A stretch of DNA of 8,583 nucleotides from a virus (lineage: Duplodnaviria; Heunggongvirae; Uroviricota; Caudoviricetes): positions 1-8,583 of IMG/VR virus record IMGVR_UViG_2671180417_000003. One strand, written 5' to 3'. Every line of letters starts with the position of its first letter. The stretch's first letter is position 1. A program made the position numbers and the translations under genes. Of this stretch, positions 4,999 to 8,583 are shown piece by piece. The notes beneath the pieces are model-generated. The model was not told where the DNA came from and searched no databases. It saw only the letters and a program-made list of their open reading frames with translations.

Positions 4999-5295
4999 AT
5001 GAACGCTTATTACATTCAGGATCGTCTTGAGGCTCAGAGCTGGGCGCGTCACTACCAGCAGATAGCCCGTGAAGAGAAAGAGGCAGAACTGGCAGACGAC
5101 ATGGAAAAAGGCCTGCCCCAGCACCTGTTTGAATCGCTATGCATCGGTCATTTGCAACGCCACGGGGCCAGCAAAAAAGCCATTACCCGTGCGTTTGATG
5201 ACGATGTTGAGTTTCAGGAGCGCATGGCAGAACACATCCGGTACATGGTTGAAACCATTGCTCACCATCAGGTTGATATTGATTCAGAGGTATAA
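4999..5295 (+). CDS. gam: Gam, short form (98 aa), RecBCD inhibitor
   Basis: ORF track 4999..5295; near-identical to lambda Gam C-terminal 98 residues from memory; SD AGGAG (4987-4991). The upstream long-form start (ATG 4880) is in a different frame here, see findings. Confidence 0.9.
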   Translation: MNAYYIQDRLEAQSWARHYQQIAREEKEAELADDMEKGLPQHLFESLCIGHLQRHGASKKAITRAFDDDVEFQERMAEHIRYMVETIAHHQVDIDSEV

Positions 5296-5300
5296 AACGG

Positions 5301-6086
5301 ATGAGTACAGCACTCGCAACGCTGGCAGGGAAGCTGGCTGAACGTGTCGGCATGGATTCTGTCGACCCACAGGAACTGATCACCACTCTTCGCCAGACGG
5401 CATTTAAAGGCGATGCCAGCGATGCGCAGTTCATCGCATTGTTGATCGTCGCCAACCAGTACGGCCTTAATCCGTGGATGAAAGAAATTTACGCCTTCCC
5501 TGATAAGCAGAACGGCATCGTTCCGGTGGTGGGCGTTGATGGCTGGTCCCGCATCATCAATGAAAACCAGCATTTTGATGGCATGGACTTTGAGCAGGAC
5601 AATGAATCCTGTACATGCCGGATTTACCGCAAGGACCGTAATCATCCGATCTGCGTTACCGAATGGATGGATGAATGCCGCCGCGAACCATTCAAAACCC
5701 GCGAAGGCAGAGAAATCACGGGGCCGTGGCAGTCGCATCCTAAACGGATGTTACGGCATAAAGCTATGATTCAGTGTGCCCGTCTGGCCTTCGGATTTGC
5801 TGGTATCTATGACAAGGATGAAGCCGAGCGCATTGTCGAAAATACTGCATACACTGCAGAACGCCAGCCGGAACGCGACATCACTCCGGTTAACGATGAA
5901 ACCATGCAGGAGATTAACACTCTGCTAATCGCCCTGGATAAAACATGGGATGACGACTTATTGCCGCTCTGTTCCCAGATATTTCGCCGCGACATTCGCG
6001 CATCGTCAGAACTGACACAGGCCGAAGCAGTGAAAGCTCTTGGATTCCTGAAACAGAAAGCCACTGAGCAGAAGGTGGCAGCATGA
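5301..6086 (+). CDS. bet: Bet (Red-beta) single-strand annealing recombinase, 261 aa
   Basis: ORF track 5301..6086; sequence [88 protein letters not shown]... recognised as lambda Bet; followed by exo with ATGA overlap. Confidence 0.95.
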   Translation: MSTALATLAGKLAERVGMDSVDPQELITTLRQTAFKGDASDAQFIALLIVANQYGLNPWMKEIYAFPDKQNGIVPVVGVDGWSRIINENQHFDGMDFEQDNESCTCRIYRKDRNHPICVTEWMDECRREPFKTREGREITGPWQSHPKRMLRHKAMIQCARLAFGFAGIYDKDEAERIVENTAYTAERQPERDITPVNDETMQEINTLLIALDKTWDDDLLPLCSQIFRRDIRASSELTQAEAVKALGFLKQKATEQKVAA

Positions 6087-6763
6087 CACCGGACATTATC
6101 CTGCAGCGTACCGGGATCGACGTGAGAGCTGTCGAACAGGGGGATGATGCATGGCACAAATTACGGCTCGGCGTCATCACCGCTTCAGAAGTTCACAACG
6201 TGATAGCAAAGCCCCGCTCAGGAAAGAAGTGGCCTGACATGAAAATGTCCTACTTCCACACCCTGCTGGCTGAGGTTTGCACCGGTGTGGCTCCGGAAGT
6301 TAATGCTAAGGCGCTGGCCTGGGGAAAACAGTACGAGAACGACGCCAGAACCCTGTTTGAATTCACTTCCGGCGTGAATGTTACTGAATCCCCGATCATC
6401 TATCGCGACGAAAGTATGCGCACCGCCTGCTCTCCCGATGGTTTATGCAGTGACGGCAACGGCCTTGAGCTGAAATGCCCGTTTACCTCCCGGGATTTCA
6501 TGAAATTCCGGCTCGGTGGTTTCGAGGCCATAAAGTCGGCTTACATGGCCCAGGTGCAGTACAGCATGTGGGTGACGCGAAAAGATGCCTGGTACTTTGC
6601 CAACTATGACCCACGAATGAAGCGTGAAGGCCTGCATTATGTCGTGGTTGAGCGGGATGAAAATTACATGGCGAGTTTTGACGAGATGGTGCCGGAGTTC
6701 ATCGAAAAAATGGACGAGGCACTGGCTGAAATTGGTTTTGTATTTGGGGAGCAATGGCGATGA
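6083..6763 (+). CDS. exo: Exo (lambda exonuclease, Red-alpha), 226 aa
   Basis: ORF track 6083..6763; [69 protein letters not shown]... recognised as lambda Exo; ATGA start overlap with bet stop. Confidence 0.95.
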   Translation: MTPDIILQRTGIDVRAVEQGDDAWHKLRLGVITASEVHNVIAKPRSGKKWPDMKMSYFHTLLAEVCTGVAPEVNAKALAWGKQYENDARTLFEFTSGVNVTESPIIYRDESMRTACSPDGLCSDGNGLELKCPFTSRDFMKFRLGGFEAIKSAYMAQVQYSMWVTRKDAWYFANYDPRMKREGLHYVVVERDENYMASFDEMVPEFIEKMDEALAEIGFVFGEQWR

Positions 6764-6942
6764 AGCATCCTCACGATAATATCCGCGTAGGCACGATCAC
6801 TTTCGTCTACTCCGTTACAAAGCGAGGCTGGGTATTTCCCGGCCTTTCTGTTATCCAAAATCCACTGAAAGCCCAGCGGCTGGCTGAGGAGATAAATAAT
6901 AAACGAGGGGCTGTATGCACAAAGCATCTCCTGTTGAGTTAA
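6760..6942 (+). CDS. Small protein (60 aa), lambda orf60a-like
   Basis: ATG 6760 overlaps exo stop (ATGA); [60 protein letters not shown]; ORF track gives 6754..6942 from an upstream in-frame ATG. Confidence 0.7.
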   Translation: MKHPHDNIRVGTITFVYSVTKRGWVFPGLSVIQNPLKAQRLAEEINNKRGAVCTKHLLLS

Positions 6943-7106
6943 GAACGAGCATTGAGATGGCACATAGCCTTGCTCAAATTGGAGTCAGGTTTGTGCCAAT
7001 ATCAGTAGAAACAGACGAAGAATTTCATACGTTAGCCGCATCCCTTTCACAAAAGCTGGAAATGATGGTGGCGAAAGCAGAAGCAGATGAGAGAGACCAG
7101 GTATGA
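6915..7106 (+). CDS. Small protein (63 aa), lambda orf63-like
   Basis: ORF track 6915..7106; SD GAGGGG (6905-6910); overlaps preceding gene by 28 nt; sequence [63 protein letters not shown]. Confidence 0.7.
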   Translation: MHKASPVELRTSIEMAHSLAQIGVRFVPISVETDEEFHTLAASLSQKLEMMVAKAEADERDQV

Positions 7107-7186
7107 CAACCACTGAATGCATTCTTCTGGCAGCGGGCTTTATATTCTGTGTGCTTATGCTTGCCGACATGGGACTTGTTCAATGA
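7103..7186 (+). CDS. Candidate small hydrophobic peptide (27 aa) MTTTECILLAAGFIFCVLMLADMGLVQ
   Basis: Own translation; ATG 7103 overlaps the orf63-like stop (ATGA) and its stop overlaps the next start ATG 7183 (ATGA); hydrophobic core compatible with a single TM helix; not in ORF track (below size cutoff). Confidence 0.3.
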   Translation: MTTTECILLAAGFIFCVLMLADMGLVQ

Positions 7187-7398
7187 CACCTCAGCAGGAA
7201 AACGCCCTTCGCAGCATTGCCCGTAAGGCTAATTCTGAAATCAAAAAAGCCAGACAGCAGTTTCCGGATAAAAACGTCGATGACATTTGCCGTAGCGTAC
7301 TGAAGAAGCACCGCGAAACGGTAACGCTGATGGGATTCACACCGACTCACTTAAGTCTGGCAATCGGTATGTTAAACGGCGTCTTTAAGGAACGGTGA
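7183..7398 (+). CDS. Small protein (71 aa from ATG 7183), lambda orf61-like
   Basis: ORF track 7117..7398 starts at an ATG with no SD; ATG 7183 (MTPQQENALRSIARKANSEIKKARQQF...) is translationally coupled to the upstream small ORF; basic, hydrophilic. Confidence 0.6.
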   Translation: MTPQQENALRSIARKANSEIKKARQQFPDKNVDDICRSVLKKHRETVTLMGFTPTHLSLAIGMLNGVFKER

Positions 7399-7419
7399 AC
7401 ATGAAAAGCAAAATCATCA

Positions 7420-7444
7420 GGGAGCCACAGGCTCCTTTTTTATT
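7420..7444 (+). terminator. Rho-independent terminator after the orf61-like gene
   Basis: GGAGCC-aca-GGCTCC stem (7421-7435) followed by TTTTTT (7436-7441) and ATTATT. Confidence 0.55.
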
Positions 7445-7496
7445 ATTCGCATTCACCCTCAAGCGTATTAACCAACAATTCAGGGATTAATGAAAG

Positions 7497-7718
7497 ATGG
7501 CGGACATCATTGATTCAGCATCAGAAATTGAAGAATTACAGCGCAATACAGCAATAAAAATGCGTCGTCTGAACTACCAGACTATATCCGCCACTCATTG
7601 TTGCGAGTGTGGCGATCCGATAGATGAGCGGCGACGCCTGGCTGTTCGTGGATGCAGAGCTTGCGCCAGTTGCCAGCAGGATATTGAACTTATCAACAAA
7701 CAGAGAGGTGTGAAGTGA
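7497..7718 (+). CDS. TraR/DksA-family C4 zinc-finger protein (73 aa), lambda Orf73-like RNA polymerase secondary-channel binder
   Basis: ORF track 7497..7718; four-Cys motif C-C-E-C ... C-R-A-C-A-S-C (CCECGDPIDERRRLAVRGCRACASC) and size typical of TraR; position in exo-ea22 interval. Confidence 0.8.
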   Translation: MADIIDSASEIEELQRNTAIKMRRLNYQTISATHCCECGDPIDERRRLAVRGCRACASCQQDIELINKQRGVK

Positions 7719-7999
7719 ACATCAACACCACGATAACGATCGATACAGCCCTGAACACCGGCCTAGCGCTCCTTGGTTATTTCTACATCATGTTCTGCAG
7801 CGGACGATGGCTGTCACTGTTGTTCATGAAAAAATGGAATAAACGCCGTAAGCAGGAGCAACGCCAAAAGGCAATAGATGCATTTTTCGAAGCCTTCGGT
7901 ATTGACGGCATGGAACCAGGGGATCCAGCTCGCGCAATTAGCAGAGGGGGCGTAGTAATCCTTGTATACCGGAGTGAAGAGAAAAATGAGCAAGATTGA
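7715..7999 (+). CDS. Hypothetical small membrane protein (94 aa), GTG start overlapping upstream stop
   Basis: ORF track 7715..7999; GTG 7715 overlaps TGA of the TraR-like gene; SD AGAGAGG (7702-7708) 6 nt upstream; hydrophobic segment LNTGLALLGYFYIMFCSGRWLSLLF followed by basic KKWNKRRKQEQRQK. Confidence 0.5.
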   Translation: MNINTTITIDTALNTGLALLGYFYIMFCSGRWLSLLFMKKWNKRRKQEQRQKAIDAFFEAFGIDGMEPGDPARAISRGGVVILVYRSEEKNEQD

Positions 8000-8583
8000 C
8001 TATCAGGCACTGCGTGAAAAGGCAGAGAAAGCAACTAAAGGAAGCTACATCGTAGGGCATACATCTGTTAACCAGCACGGCAATTTAACAGGAGTTTTTG
8101 TTTGCCAAAAATGGAAAGGAGAACCCGGTGGCGTGATTGCGGAATGTCATGTTAACTGCCTGATTGAATCAGATGCTCAGGCTTATGCAAACGCTGAATT
8201 CATAGCAGAGGCTAACCCGGCTACCGTGCTGGCACTGCTGGATGAACAGGAAAGAAACCAGCAATACATCAAACGCCGTGACCAGGAGAACGAGGATATT
8301 GCGCTAACGGTAGGGAAGCTGCGTGTTGAGCTTGAAGCAGCAGAGAACAACCTTATTGATAGCGAATGCCATGTTGCTGAACTGGAAGAAGCACTACGCG
8401 ATAAGCAGGCGTTACTTGAAGCCTCAGAAAAGCGCAACGCAAAATTACAAAGCGAGAATGCATACATCCGCAACCGGTACAAAGAACTGGACCTATTAAT
8501 CGGGAAAAACATTCTGGTCATGCAGGCTGCCATTATCGAATGGCAGGCAACTGGCGACGCTAAGAGCGGACTAGCATGGATTT
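7986..8583 (+). CDS. Ea22-like protein, N-terminal 199 codons (runs off window end)
   Basis: Own translation from ATG 7986 is open to the window end: MSKIDYQALREKAEKATKGSYIVGHTSVNQHGNLTGVFVCQKWKGEPGGVIAECHVNCLIESDAQAYANAEFIAEANPATVLALLDEQERNQQYIKRRDQENEDIALTVGKLRVELEAAENNLIDSECHVAELEEALRDKQALLEASEKRNAKLQSENAYIRNRYKELDLLIGKNILVMQAAIIEWQATGDAKSGLAWI; coiled-coil-rich C-terminal part; N-terminus resembles Ea22-family proteins from memory. Missing from ORF track because no stop inside window. Confidence 0.7.
   Translation, partial: MSKIDYQALREKAEKATKGSYIVGHTSVNQHGNLTGVFVCQKWKGEPGGVIAECHVNCLIESDAQAYANAEFIAEANPATVLALLDEQERNQQYIKRRDQENEDIALTVGKLRVELEAAENNLIDSECHVAELEEALRDKQALLEASEKRNAKLQSENAYIRNRYKELDLLIGKNILVMQAAIIEWQATGDAKSGLAWI

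Noticed and set aside
5069-6180. Several ORFs overlapping bet/exo on both strands (5069..5341, 5183..5455, 5268..5738, 5536..5769, 5807..6157, 5914..6180)
   Set aside because: All overlap the confidently identified gam, bet and exo genes out of frame or antisense; GC-rich coding regions commonly produce such shadow ORFs.
6443-6963. Minus-strand ORFs 6443..6754 and 6664..6963
   Set aside because: Antisense to exo and the orf60a-like/orf63-like genes; no independent support.
7401-7493. 30-codon ORF MKSKIIREPQAPFLLFAFTLKRINQQFRD starting right after the orf61-like stop
   Set aside because: It contains the terminator hairpin and T-tract at 7420-7444 and has no SD; more likely non-coding terminator/promoter spacer.
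6985-8533. Minus-strand ORFs 6985..7170, 7783..8034 and 8183..8533
   Set aside because: Antisense to the coupled small-gene series, the membrane-protein gene and the Ea22-like gene; the last is Ser/Ala-rich low complexity mirroring a coiled-coil gene on the other strand.
1-8583. Search for tRNA, rRNA, CRISPR repeats, IS elements, integrase or att sites
   Set aside because: No regularly spaced direct repeats, no cloverleaf-like or rRNA-like segments, no transposase-like ORF or terminal inverted repeats seen; int/xis/att would lie beyond the window end.

Overview
This window reads as the early/immunity region of a lambdoid (Enterobacteriaceae-type) prophage, in reverse orientation relative to the standard lambda map. 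All calls rest on reading the sequence and on remembered protein sequences; no searches were run. Order: a cII-like gene (minus strand, runs off the window start), a nutR-like region, a cro-like gene (minus), a divergent operator/promoter region, then a CI-type repressor (HTH + S24 peptidase, plus strand). The slot that holds rexA-rexB in lambda is instead occupied by three unrecognised genes (1389-2852), the last two AT-rich and overlapping, the last a single-pass membrane protein, closed by an intrinsic terminator. This is the main candidate for an undescribed prophage-encoded exclusion/defence module. Downstream are a PL/OL-like region, a Stx-phage-type N antiterminator, a second AT-rich unknown gene (3804-4427) in the ral/ea10/sieB slot, two tL-like terminators, then a near-lambda block: cIII, kil, gam, bet, exo, orf60a/orf63/orf61-like small genes, a TraR/DksA-family zinc-finger gene, a small membrane protein and the start of an Ea22-like gene that runs off the window end. 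No tRNA, rRNA, CRISPR array or IS element was seen.
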